DNA of 64,000 nt from an uncultured Planctomycetota bacterium (lineage in GTDB: Bacteria > Planctomycetota > PLA2 > JAEUHO01), in contig CAVVXN010000005.1 in assembly GCA_963752285.1 (NCBI GenBank), positions 32,001 to 96,000 of the forward strand. Reading direction: 5' to 3'. The translations under genes were made by a program, and so were the position numbers. The notes under the pieces are model-generated. The model searched no databases. It was not told where the DNA came from and was given only the letters and a program-made list of their open reading frames with translations. Positions 1 to 11,741 of this stretch are shown here, piece by piece. The number at the start of each line of letters is the position of its first letter. Position 1 is the first letter of the stretch.

Positions 1-2684
<2,684 letters not shown>

Positions 2685-2737
2685 CGGACCACCTCGCCAC
2701 GGGATTGCGAGGTCGTACGGATGGATCCCCAGAGGGG

Positions 2738-3562
2738 TCAGGTCCGGAACAAGATGTCGTAGCCGATGGCGAAGACCGCGGCGTCCGCGAAGACGTGGCT
2801 CACGTAGGGGGCCCAGACGTTGCGGCTCGCCGTGTAGAGCCATGACCACGCGCACGCCGCCACGAACACGCCTCCGCACGCGGTCCACGTGAGCCCCGGC
2901 CCCACGAAGGCCGAGAGCGCGACGTAGTGGTGCACCGTGAAGAGGAGCGCCGCGAAGAGGACGCCGCGCGGGCCCCCGAGGAGGGTCACGGCGTGACGCG
3001 TAACGAACCAGCGCCAGACGTACTCCTCGTAGAGGGAGTTGAGCAGCGTCCAGTAGACGGCGAGCGCGAGGTACCGCGCCGGCGAGTCGAGGCCCGCGCT
3101 TCGGACGACGGGTCCGACGGACCGGAGGAGATCCGCGCGATCCGGGAGGAGCGTGTAGTAGCCGAGGATGGCCACCGCCATCGCCGCACCGCTCGCGAGG
3201 GCGAGGGCCATGCCGTCGCTGACGGGGCGGGGCCAGCCGAGACGCCTCCGCTCGACCCGGGACGAGAAGAGGGCGGGCACGGCGAGCACCCAGACCTTGG
3301 CGAGCAGGAACACCACGCGCCCGACGGGGCCGGGCGCGCCGACCAAGCCGAACCAGGTCGCGAGGCCCGGGATCGGGACGACGAGCAGAAGGGCGAGCGC
3401 CGCGCGTCTGCGGAGCCGGGGGGGCGACACAAGCGCGTGTGGCGGGATCTCGTCCTTCCTCGCGTCGAGCGCCTCCGGGCCGCGGCGCGCGTGCCGGCCG
3501 ACGTTTGCCTCCTCGGGACTCCCCGCCCCGGCCCGGGCCGCCCGTCTTCGATGTGCGCTCAC
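2738..3562 (-). CDS. CPBP/CAAX (Abi) family intramembrane metalloprotease
   Basis: EEYVWR (EExxxR), FTVHH, SHVFAD motifs, multiple TM helices; start uncertain (GTG 3562 behind a TATCAT -10, or GTG 3430). Confidence 0.85.
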   Translation of the reverse strand: MSAHRRRAARAGAGSPEEANVGRHARRGPEALDARKDEIPPHALVSPPRLRRRAALALLLVVPIPGLATWFGLVGAPGPVGRVVFLLAKVWVLAVPALFSSRVERRRLGWPRPVSDGMALALASGAAMAVAILGYYTLLPDRADLLRSVGPVVRSAGLDSPARYLALAVYWTLLNSLYEEYVWRWFVTRHAVTLLGGPRGVLFAALLFTVHHYVALSAFVGPGLTWTACGGVFVAACAWSWLYTASRNVWAPYVSHVFADAAVFAIGYDILFRT

Positions 3563-3674
3563 ACGGCGGATGATAGTCTCGCACGACGTGGAGGGCATCA
3601 CGTGGCTCGGAGTGCGCCCGTCCCGGGCCACGCTCTCGCCGTCCGTCGTCGCGTCCGTGCCCGCGTCGTCCGTC

Positions 3675-4352
3675 TCAACGCGAAGCCGTCAGCGTCTTCT
3701 CGATCTCCTGGAACGCCGCGTTCGCGTTGCTCCGCTCCGTGTCCGGTGTCTCGAAGAGGAGGGACACGACGTGATTCCCGAGAGGGAACGTGTAGATCTC
3801 GGACGTGAAGGAGCGGCGGATCGTCTTGCCGTGGATCTGGTAGCGCATCACCGTCCCCTTCCGGGCGGCGCCGGCAATCTCATGCTCCGCCGGCGCCACG
3901 GCCACGTCGGCGGGTGTAACCCCCGTCGACTCGAGCCTCGCGCGGATGTCGGCGACGACCTTCGATTGGAGGGCCGCGGGGTCGTCCTCGCCAGAGAGGA
4001 CCTGGATCAGCGCCACGAACTGGAGAGGTGACTTCAGCTTGAGGAGGACCCCGGACGCGCGCACCGTCCGCTCGACGCTCAGGTCGTTGGGGTACGAGAA
4101 CGCCACGCCGTCCCCGTGGTAGTGGCCCTCCTGGCGGCGGAGGACGGCGGGGAGCTTCGTTCCGTCGGGCGTGGTGATCTCGAATGCCTCGTCGAGGTCG
4201 ATGGCGTAGACGGCGTCCCCGACCCGGAGCTCGAACGCCCTGCTCTGTGCGGGCGCCGCGGCGCCCGCGGGTTCCCCGCCCGCGGCGACGTCGAGGAGGA
4301 ACATCCCCGTGGCGGCGACGACGAGCGGAACGAGGAAAACGATGGCCTTCAT
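3675..4352 (-). CDS. Secreted hypothetical protein
   Basis: MKAIVFLVPLVVAATG signal peptide, GAGGAG SD; 3' part of ORF 3675..5369. Confidence 0.75.
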   Translation of the reverse strand: MKAIVFLVPLVVAATGMFLLDVAAGGEPAGAAAPAQSRAFELRVGDAVYAIDLDEAFEITTPDGTKLPAVLRRQEGHYHGDGVAFSYPNDLSVERTVRASGVLLKLKSPLQFVALIQVLSGEDDPAALQSKVVADIRARLESTGVTPADVAVAPAEHEIAGAARKGTVMRYQIHGKTIRRSFTSEIYTFPLGNHVVSLLFETPDTERSNANAAFQEIEKTLTASR

Positions 4353-4799
4353 GGGAAACCTCCTCTCGGCACGAGCGCGTACCGCACGCAGGGTAGGGGC
4401 CGGACGTGGGCAAGGCCCGTAGCCCGCTCCCGACCGACGCTCGAACGGGCGGCGCGCGGTCCACCGGTGTGCCCCCAGGGATGCGCGACGGAGGGTGGGA
4501 AGGCCTCCGTCATGTACGCGTTCCCGCAGCCCGACGTGGCAGAGGTCGTGCCGTTCAGCGCCGTGCGGAGGCGTCGGTCGCCGCGCGACGTCGAGGAGGT
4601 CGGCGTCGTGACGGGCCCGGCAAGCGCGTGGCCTCGTCCGCGCCGGCCCGCCGCGCACCCCTCGGCCCGCGCGCGCGTGGGGTAGCATGTGGGCTCGTCC
4701 GGCGGACGCTCGCCGTTGGGGTGTTGGCCGTCCGGCGTGTCGCCCATTCGGCGGTGGCCTCGAGAGGGCGACGCCGATGCCGGGGGAAGAGGAGATCGC

Positions 4800-5216
4800 A
4801 TGCGGAAGATCGACATCGACGCGATCGTGATCGCGTCCCCGTGCGCGGTCCCCTGGGACTCCATGACGGGTGACGAGGTCCGGCGGTACTGCGGCCAGTG
4901 TCGGCTGAACGTCTACGACCTCTCCCAGATGACGCGCGCCCAGATCCAGACGCTGTACGTGGAGACGGGCGGGAGCTTCTGCAAGCGAGTCTGGCGGCGG
5001 CCGGATGGACGGGTCATCACCAAGGACTGCCGCCGCGTCGTGAGCGCGATGCGCCGCCGGCTCCGGGCGATCGGCGCGGCGGCCGCGGGTCTGCTCGCGT
5101 TCGCCGGCCTCGTCGGCTGTGGGGCCGAGCCCGCCCCGAAGGGGTCGAACGGAAGCGAGGCGAACCATGCCGCGCCCACCACCACGCCGGACGCCACGGT
5201 GGCGACCGGCCGTTAA
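4800..5216 (+). CDS. Cys-rich conserved hypothetical protein with C-terminal hydrophobic segment
   Basis: GAGGAG SD; IASPCAVPWDSMTGDEVRRYCGQCRLNVYDLS...FC motif; AAAAGLLAFAGLVGC segment. Confidence 0.75.
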   Translation: MRKIDIDAIVIASPCAVPWDSMTGDEVRRYCGQCRLNVYDLSQMTRAQIQTLYVETGGSFCKRVWRRPDGRVITKDCRRVVSAMRRRLRAIGAAAAGLLAFAGLVGCGAEPAPKGSNGSEANHAAPTTTPDATVATGR

Positions 5217-5219
5217 CGC

Positions 5220-5252
5220 ATCCACTCCCGACCCGAATTTTCGGGATTCGCG
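5220..5252 (-). repeat. REP-like dispersed repeat, copy 1
   Basis: Reverse complement CGCGAATCCCGAAAATTCGGGTCGGGAGTGGAT matches 5560-5590 at 29/31 nt and resembles 9923-9957. Confidence 0.8.
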
Positions 5253-5559
5253 ATCGTCCCGCCGGGCGCGGGTTCCCCGGCGCCCAACCCCATCGAGGAT
5301 TCGCGCCTCCCGGGATCGTTCCTTCCGCAGGGGCACGAGACCGGCCTCGCTACGACGTCCCCGGGCCACGCTCCAGCGGGGAACGCGCTTGATCGAAGGC
5401 GCCTTGGCCGTCGGCCCTGCACCTTCGACCGATGCCGAGCTCGCGGAGGCGCTGGGTCTGGCGAGATTCCGCGGGGGACAGCCTCGGGTCGGGGGCCTGC
5501 GTGGGCCCTCGGCGCGAAGGCGAGCGAGTGGGAGTCGTCGTCCCGAGCGACCGGCCGCT

Positions 5560-5614
5560 CGAATCCCGAAAACGCGGGTCGGGAGTGGATCCTTCGGGTC
5601 GGGAGTGGATCCTT
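5560..5614 (+). repeat. REP-like dispersed repeat, copy 2 with tandem 20-bp duplication
   Basis: CGAATCCCGAAAACGCGGGTCGGGAGTGGAT; CGGGTCGGGAGTGGATCCTT repeated exactly at 5575-5594 and 5595-5614. Confidence 0.8.
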
Positions 5615-8600
5615 GCCCTGCTCCGCCGGCCGGGGTTCACTCGCGATCTTGGAAGGGACGCGGGTCGGCCCGTACCGGATTCTCGGCACCCTCGGGGAAG
5701 GGGCGACGGCGACGGTCTGGCTCGCGGAGGCGCTGCGCGCGGTCCACGACCTCCAGCCCGGCGACCAGGTCGCGCTCAAGATCCTCCGGGAGCACCTCGC
5801 GGTCGGCTCGGGCGTGCAGAGCCGGTTCCTCCGCGAGGCGGCGAGCGGGCGTCGCGTGCTCCATCCCAACGTGGTCCGCGTGTTCGACGCGGGCGTGGAC
5901 CGCACGCAGGCGGTGCCCCGCTACTACCTCGCCATGCCGGTGGTCAAGGGACAGACGTTGCGTCGGCTCCTCGACGAGAGCGGCCCGCAGCCGGAGCCCC
6001 TCTGCCGCCACGTCGGTCGCGAGATCGCGCTCGCCCTTGCGGCCGTCCACGCCGCGGGCCTCGTGCACCGGGACGTGAAGCCGGCCAACGTGGCGCTCAC
6101 GCCCGAGGGAAAGATCCGGGTCATGGACCTCGGCGTCGCGAGTCTGCGCGACGGTTCGACACGCATGACGCAGGCCGGCGACTTCCTCGGCTCCGTCCTC
6201 TACGCGGCCCCGGAGCAGTTCGAGGACGGGGGCCAGGAGATCGACGGCCGCGCGGACCTCTACGCCCTGGGGTGGATCCTCTACGAGCTCCTCCTGGGCT
6301 CGCATCCCTTCTCGTCCGCGACGCTCCCGGAGGCGCTCGCCCTGCAGATCCGAACGAGCCCGAAGCGGCTCTCCGAGGTCGTCGATCGCGTCTCGCCGTT
6401 CTACGACGAGCTCGTCGCGACGCTCCTCGCGAAGGACCCCGACACGCGAGTCCCGACCGCCCGCGAGGTGGCGAGCCTGCTGGAGGAAGGGGAGGGCTCC
6501 GCGTGGTGGTCGCGCCTCCGGAGCGACGTCGGAAACCGAGGGCGGCGGCGCGCCGGGACGGGCGGCGGCGCGCGGACGGGGCTCTACGGCCGCGACGACG
6601 CGATGGAGGGTCTGACCCGCGCCTGGGATCGGGCGCGAGATGGCGAGGGAGGCGCCGTCCTCGTCGTGGGGGAGGCGGGGGTGGGGAAGACCCGCCTCGT
6701 CGAGGCGTTCCTCGACGCCGCGGAGCCGAGCGGGCCGGAGGCTCACGTGCTCACCGGCACGTACCTGCCCGGCGGTTCGTTCGACGGCCCCGGAGGCGCG
6801 TCCGGGGCGCTGGCTTCCGCGCTGGGTCCGGGCTCGCTCGAGGAGGCGCTGCGCCGGCACCTGGGGGACGCGCCGGGGCTCGTCCGCGCGTTCGCGGCGC
6901 TGCTTTGCGGCGAGCCCGCACCGGAGGGGATCCCGGCCCTCGACGACGTGTCGATCCGCGTCGCGTACCTCCGGGTCCTCCGGGGCATGTCCAGGGAGCG
7001 TCCGACGGTCCTCGTGCTCGAAGACGTGCACCTCGCGCCGCCCGAGAGCCGGGATCTCCTCGCGTTCCTGGCGGCGCACGCGCGGGGCCTTCCCTTCCTC
7101 CTCGTCGCCACGTGCCGCGACGAGGACGTGGAGGCGTGGGTCTCTACGATCGCGTCGCTCCCGGGCGCAGGGACCCTGAAGCTCGGCCGGTTGGGCGCCC
7201 GCGAGGTCCACGACCTCCTGGTGGAACGGCTGAGGAGCACGCGGACGGCGCGGGCCGTGGGGCCGCGGCTCGCCGAGGTCTCGGACGGGAATCCCTACTT
7301 CCTGCTCGAGCTCGTGCGCGGCCTCGAGAGCGAGGGGTTCCTCCGGCGCGAACCCGACGGCCAGGTCGTGCTCGTCAAGGACCTCGAGGGCATCCGGGTC
7401 CCCGACGCGGTGCGGGCGCAGGTCGAGAACCGCGTCCACGACCTGTCCGAGGACGACCGTGCCCTGCTCGACGCCGCGTCCGTCATGGGCCACGAGTTCC
7501 TGCCGCACGTCGTCGCGGAGATGGTGGACCGGACGCCGCTCGACGTCCTTCGGCGGCTCGCGCGTCTCGAGGACGACGGCTGGGTGCGCGCGTCGGGCGC
7601 GCGCGTGCGATTCGACCACCAGCTCGTGCGCGAGACCCTCTACGACCTGCTGCCCGAGCTCCTGCGCGCGGAGTACCACGCGCTGCTCGGCCGGCGGGCG
7701 CAACGCGAGGCGGGGGCGTCGGTGCAGGAGTCGGACCGGCACCGGTGGGCGGCCGAGGCCTGCCGCCACTTCCTGCGGGGCGGGCGGGGACGCGCGGCCC
7801 TGCGACATCTCGACGCGGCCCTCGCCCACCTGGAGGCCCAGGCGCTGCACGCGGGGACGGCGCACCTGCTCGATCAGGTGCTCACCGTGAAGGACCTCGT
7901 CCAGGGCGAGGACCGCGTGGACCTCCTCCTCCGTCGCGCACGGGTCCTCGACACGCTCGGCCGCGGCGCCGACCGTGCGCGGGACGTAGCCGAGGCGCGG
8001 CGCCTCTCCGAGGAGATCGGAGACCCGCGCCGGAGCGCGCGCGTCGCGCTCGAAGAGGGTCGGGACGTGTTGCAGCGGGGCGAGGCGGACGCGGCGCTCC
8101 CGATCCTCGACCGCGCGCTCGCCTTCGCCAAGACGTCGTTCGCCGCCGACCTCGAAGCCGAGGCTCGGCTCCTCCGCGGCCGGGCGCACGAGATCCGCGG
8201 TCGGCTCGACGCGTGGCGGCTCGAGGCCGAGGCGGCCCTCGCGATCGCGCACGAGCGACAGGACCCGGCCCTCGAGGCGCGGGCCCGCGGCGCGCTCGCC
8301 CAGCAGCTCTGGTTCTCGGGCGACACCGACCGCGCGCTCGCGGAGTTCGAGCAAAGCCTCGAGCTGATGCGGCACCACGGGGGTCCGCTCGAGGAGGCCA
8401 CGGCGCGCGGCAACCTGGCCCTCGCCCTGGAGAGCCTCGGTCGGAACGAGGAGGCCCGCGAACACCTCGTGCGCGTCCTGGCCTCGTGCCGCGAGCTCGG
8501 CTACCGGCGCGGCGAGGCCCACGCGCTCGGAAACCTCGGGATCGTGGAGAGCCAGCTCGGTCACGCGCGCGAGGCCGTGCGTCGTCTCGAGGAGGACCTC

Positions 8601-9281
8601 GAGATCGAGCGGGAGTGCGGCGAAGAGGGCGACCAGGTGATCGCCCTGCTCGGCCTCGGGCGCGAATGGTGTCAGGTCGGCCGTCACGACACCGCGCGCG
8701 TGTACGTTGAGGCGGCGCTCGCCTCGGCCTCGGAGATGGGCTACCGCCTGGGGATGGGGATCGCGCAGTTCCTGCTCGGCGAGATCGCCGGGGAGGAGGG
8801 GCGCCCCGAGGAGAAGCTCCGTCGGCTGGGCGACGCCCGGGAGCACTTCGAAGCGGTCGGGGCGAGACGGTTCGTGGCCTCCGTCCGCCAGGAGCGCGCT
8901 CGATTCTCGGACGACCTGGTGGACCCGGCGGAGAAGATCGAGACGTGGACCGCGCACTGGTCTGCCGACGCCCCGGACACGGACCCGGGGAACCGCGTCG
9001 AGGCGGGTGCCGAGCTCGCCCGGCGGGGCCTGGCCGACGCGACCACGGTGCGCGCGGCGTACCGCGAGGCCGAGGCGCGGCTGAGCGTGGTCGAGCGCAT
9101 CCGGGCTCTCCTGGGCCTCTGGGAGATGGACCGGGACGCCGCCTCCCTCGAGGCGGCCGGCGCGTTGCTCGCCTCGCTCCGCGCCCACGCGCCCCCCGAG
9201 GCGGTCGAGGTCTTCACGACGGGCGTGCGGCTCCATCGCCGCGTGCTCGAGGCCTTGGAGGACCTGGCACGCAGCGCGTGA
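5613..9281 (+). CDS. Ser/Thr protein kinase with AAA (P-loop) ATPase and TPR domains
   Basis: VALK, HRDVKPAN, MDLG, APE; Walker A GEAGVGKT, Walker B VLEDVH, GNPYF; C-terminal TPR-like helices. Start TTG 5613 or TTG 5649. Confidence 0.92.
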   Translation: MPCSAGRGSLAILEGTRVGPYRILGTLGEGATATVWLAEALRAVHDLQPGDQVALKILREHLAVGSGVQSRFLREAASGRRVLHPNVVRVFDAGVDRTQAVPRYYLAMPVVKGQTLRRLLDESGPQPEPLCRHVGREIALALAAVHAAGLVHRDVKPANVALTPEGKIRVMDLGVASLRDGSTRMTQAGDFLGSVLYAAPEQFEDGGQEIDGRADLYALGWILYELLLGSHPFSSATLPEALALQIRTSPKRLSEVVDRVSPFYDELVATLLAKDPDTRVPTAREVASLLEEGEGSAWWSRLRSDVGNRGRRRAGTGGGARTGLYGRDDAMEGLTRAWDRARDGEGGAVLVVGEAGVGKTRLVEAFLDAAEPSGPEAHVLTGTYLPGGSFDGPGGASGALASALGPGSLEEALRRHLGDAPGLVRAFAALLCGEPAPEGIPALDDVSIRVAYLRVLRGMSRERPTVLVLEDVHLAPPESRDLLAFLAAHARGLPFLLVATCRDEDVEAWVSTIASLPGAGTLKLGRLGAREVHDLLVERLRSTRTARAVGPRLAEVSDGNPYFLLELVRGLESEGFLRREPDGQVVLVKDLEGIRVPDAVRAQVENRVHDLSEDDRALLDAASVMGHEFLPHVVAEMVDRTPLDVLRRLARLEDDGWVRASGARVRFDHQLVRETLYDLLPELLRAEYHALLGRRAQREAGASVQESDRHRWAAEACRHFLRGGRGRAALRHLDAALAHLEAQALHAGTAHLLDQVLTVKDLVQGEDRVDLLLRRARVLDTLGRGADRARDVAEARRLSEEIGDPRRSARVALEEGRDVLQRGEADAALPILDRALAFAKTSFAADLEAEARLLRGRAHEIRGRLDAWRLEAEAALAIAHERQDPALEARARGALAQQLWFSGDTDRALAEFEQSLELMRHHGGPLEEATARGNLALALESLGRNEEAREHLVRVLASCRELGYRRGEAHALGNLGIVESQLGHAREAVRRLEEDLEIERECGEEGDQVIALLGLGREWCQVGRHDTARVYVEAALASASEMGYRLGMGIAQFLLGEIAGEEGRPEEKLRRLGDAREHFEAVGARRFVASVRQERARFSDDLVDPAEKIETWTAHWSADAPDTDPGNRVEAGAELARRGLADATTVRAAYREAEARLSVVERIRALLGLWEMDRDAASLEAAGALLASLRAHAPPEAVEVFTTGVRLHRRVLEALEDLARSA

Positions 9282-9348
9282 ACACGACTCGTGGCTCCCC
9301 GGTGCGCGATCCGTTCCGTCCGTTCGGGAGCCTGTGTGGAGGAGTGGG

Positions 9349-9780
9349 ATGACAGCGAAACGAAAGCGAGTCAAGTCGAGAAGGCGCGACGCCTCCGCTC
9401 CCGTGCGGAAGAAGGGGGGAGGGGGTTCGAAGACGTTCACCCTGATCCCGGTCAGCCTCCCCCCCGTCGGGCACTTCGGTCGATTCACGATCATGAACAC
9501 GACCAGCTTCGGCGTCATCTCGGGGGAGGTGAGGGTGAACGCCACCCCGTACCCCGTGAACGGAGTCCCGGCGTTGACCACCGTCCTGGTCCCCCAGGAG
9601 GACGTCCCGGGGACCCCGAACGCGCTGCAGGTCTCGTACACCCTGAACATCCCGGGATTCCCAGCGTTGGCCGACAGCATCGATGCGCCGGATGGAACGC
9701 ACATCGACGAGGTCGAGCTGACGATCGTCATGGACAAGGGAGTCCCCGTGGTGCACAGCCGGCTCGGCTGCCACACGTAG
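9349..9780 (+). CDS. Hypothetical protein
   Basis: GGAGGAG SD before ATG 9349; coding-like codon usage, beta-rich sequence. Confidence 0.6.
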   Translation: MTAKRKRVKSRRRDASAPVRKKGGGGSKTFTLIPVSLPPVGHFGRFTIMNTTSFGVISGEVRVNATPYPVNGVPALTTVLVPQEDVPGTPNALQVSYTLNIPGFPALADSIDAPDGTHIDEVELTIVMDKGVPVVHSRLGCHT

Positions 9781-9922
9781 TCGGCGCGCCCGACGTGCGG
9801 TGCTCGCCCCCGGTCGCCTGGACTCGGGGGCGGGCCCCTCCGCGCGCGAGCGCGGCGCCGCCACGAGGACCCCCGGAGTCGGGCTTCGGCTGACCCCTCC
9901 GCGTCCGACGGCGGCGTTCCGC

Positions 9923-9957
9923 CGCGAATACCGAAAACGCGGGTCGGGAGTGAATCC
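9923..9957 (+). repeat. REP-like dispersed repeat, copy 3
   Basis: CGCGAATACCGAAAACGCGGGTCGGGAGTGAATCC, 9 nt beyond the stop of the minus-strand gene ending at 9967. Confidence 0.8.
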
Positions 9958-9966
9958 GCCGCGCCC

Positions 9967-11571
9967 TCACCAGCGGGCGGTGAAGACGCGATGGTCGCCC
10001 GTGAAGCGGAAGAGCGGGTTCCCGGTGCGCTCGTAGAAGCGCGCGAGCTCCCGCGATTCCGCCATCGGGGTCACCGTGAGCCCGTTCACGTTCCAGTTGT
10101 CCCCTCCCATACCGCCCCGGAAGGTCGTCGTCAGCATGAGACCGACGATCTCGGAGCGCGGGACCGGGCGCGGGAACCTGAGCTCGACCGTGTGATCCGT
10201 GTTGTCCGCCCATCGCTGACGAGTGTTCACCGCGGGGAAGGTCTGCCGGCTGCCGTCTCGAAACAGCACGGCGACGTCCACGTTGTCGTTGTTCCCGCGG
10301 AGGTCGTCCCCTCCGGTCCGGATCGCGACCTTCAGGTGCGTGGCCAGATCCGCGCCCCCGGGCGCCGGTGTCGGCGACGCCGCCCGCGGCGGGGTCAGCA
10401 CGAGCCGGCGGTGGTCCCCGGTGAACCGGAAGAACGTGCGGTGGTCCACGAGCATGCGACGAACCCCGCCGTCGTAGTAGCTGACGGCGATCCGCTTCGT
10501 GTCCCAGTTGTCTCCCCCGACCCCGCCGCCGAAGGTCGTCTCCAGCGTCAGCGAGGCGATCGTGTCCTTGTGCACCCGGCGAGGGAGGACCACGCGCGCG
10601 AACTCGGTGTAGCCCCCGAGCCAGCGCGCGCCGACGTTGATGTTCGGCAGCGCCATTCGGTTCCCGTCGGTCAGCGTGACCGCGAGACCGACGTTGTCGT
10701 TCCCGCCGCGCAGGTCGTCGTCGCCGGTATCGACCTGCACGACGAGCTCGTCGATCCACCCCCCGCCGAGCGAGGGCAGCGGGCGAATGGTGGGAGGCTC
10801 CGCGGGGACGTACTTGCGGTCCACGAAGTACGTGCGCCACCGCTTCACCCACTGTCCGTCGTGCCGGAGCGCTGGATCCGGGCCGCGGTAGTAGAACGAG
10901 CTCGTCGCCGGATCCGGCACGAGCGTCATCGTGGCGTTCGGCTGGTTCGGGTCGTACACGAAGATCCGCAGGTCCTCCACGTGGGCGCCCAGGTCGCCGC
11001 CATACCGGCCCATGTCGTAGCCGATCGCCAGGACCTGGTGGTTTCCCGGGAGCTTCACGTCGCCGACGCTGCCGCCGAACTCCTGCAGGCCGAGCGGTAC
11101 GGGCCGACCGCTGTCGATCGCGGCCCGGAGCTCCTGCAGGCGGCCGCCGCGCGTGCCCTGAACGCCCCAGCGGAAGAACTCTGCGTTCCGTGCGCCGCCC
11201 GGGTTCAGCCCGACCTCGCCCCACTTGTCGAGGTTCTGCGTGATGGACGTGGCCTGCCGCCGGTAGATGTAACTCTCCAGCACGGTCCCGTTGGCGGGTC
11301 GGTAGTCCTGGCGCGGGATCGGCCGGCCGCGGTTGAAGCAGTCGAGCGCTGCATAGACCATGCCGCCGCAGAGCCCACCGGTGCGGATGTCGAGGTTCGG
11401 CACGAGCTCGTTCTTGAACTCGTTCCGGAACGCGAAGCCGTGCGCCGCGGGGTCGAAACGCGTGCGCACGGGATCGGCGTGCACCTCCGCGACCGTCGGT
11501 CCGAGCAGCAGCCCCGCCAGGAGGCCGAGGCGAAGCGCGCGCGCCCAGGGTGTCCGCCGAATGGTTCTCAC
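9967..11571 (-). CDS. Secreted papain-like (Cys-His-Asp) domain protein with two C-terminal PLAT-like repeats
   Basis: GGAGGAG SD, GTG 11571, signal peptide; GLCGGM / HQVLAIGYD / VYDPN; two repeats TG(D/G)DDLRGxNDN...GGDNW. Confidence 0.75.
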   Translation of the reverse strand: MRTIRRTPWARALRLGLLAGLLLGPTVAEVHADPVRTRFDPAAHGFAFRNEFKNELVPNLDIRTGGLCGGMVYAALDCFNRGRPIPRQDYRPANGTVLESYIYRRQATSITQNLDKWGEVGLNPGGARNAEFFRWGVQGTRGGRLQELRAAIDSGRPVPLGLQEFGGSVGDVKLPGNHQVLAIGYDMGRYGGDLGAHVEDLRIFVYDPNQPNATMTLVPDPATSSFYYRGPDPALRHDGQWVKRWRTYFVDRKYVPAEPPTIRPLPSLGGGWIDELVVQVDTGDDDLRGGNDNVGLAVTLTDGNRMALPNINVGARWLGGYTEFARVVLPRRVHKDTIASLTLETTFGGGVGGDNWDTKRIAVSYYDGGVRRMLVDHRTFFRFTGDHRRLVLTPPRAASPTPAPGGADLATHLKVAIRTGGDDLRGNNDNVDVAVLFRDGSRQTFPAVNTRQRWADNTDHTVELRFPRPVPRSEIVGLMLTTTFRGGMGGDNWNVNGLTVTPMAESRELARFYERTGNPLFRFTGDHRVFTARW

Positions 11572-11608
11572 GTCGATCTCCTCCGCGCGCGACCCCCGGC
11601 CGCGGCAC

Positions 11609-11642
11609 GGTCGATGAACTGCACGCGCGACCGCGGCGCGAC
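11609..11642 (-). promoter_or_regulatory. Bipartite motif GTCGCGCCGCGG-N9-CAGTTCATCGACC, candidate promoter/operator
   Basis: Matches 13110-13143 at 22/25 block positions with identical spacing. Confidence 0.55.
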
Positions 11643-11741
11643 TGGTGCGGACCACGCCGGGGGCGAAGGTCCCGCGTCGCGTCCGCTCCGCCCTCGTCTC
11701 GCCCGCGCGGCCCACGACCCACGGAGGGCCGGGCCCGCGCC

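Noticed and set aside
3552..3564. lac-operator-like TGTGCGCTCACA
   Set aside because: Imperfect symmetry, overlaps the likely CAAX protease start, no LacI gene nearby
4512..4685. Possible small ORF MYAFPQPDVAEVVPF...
   Set aside because: No recognisable motif and weak SD; cannot be distinguished from chance
5210..5252. GTTAAC at a stop codon followed by a repeat, suggesting an integron attC site
   Set aside because: Does not fit RYYYAAC...GTTRRRY and there is no integrase or cassette array
5575..5614. Tandem 20-bp repeat as a CRISPR array
   Set aside because: Two copies with no spacer and no cas genes
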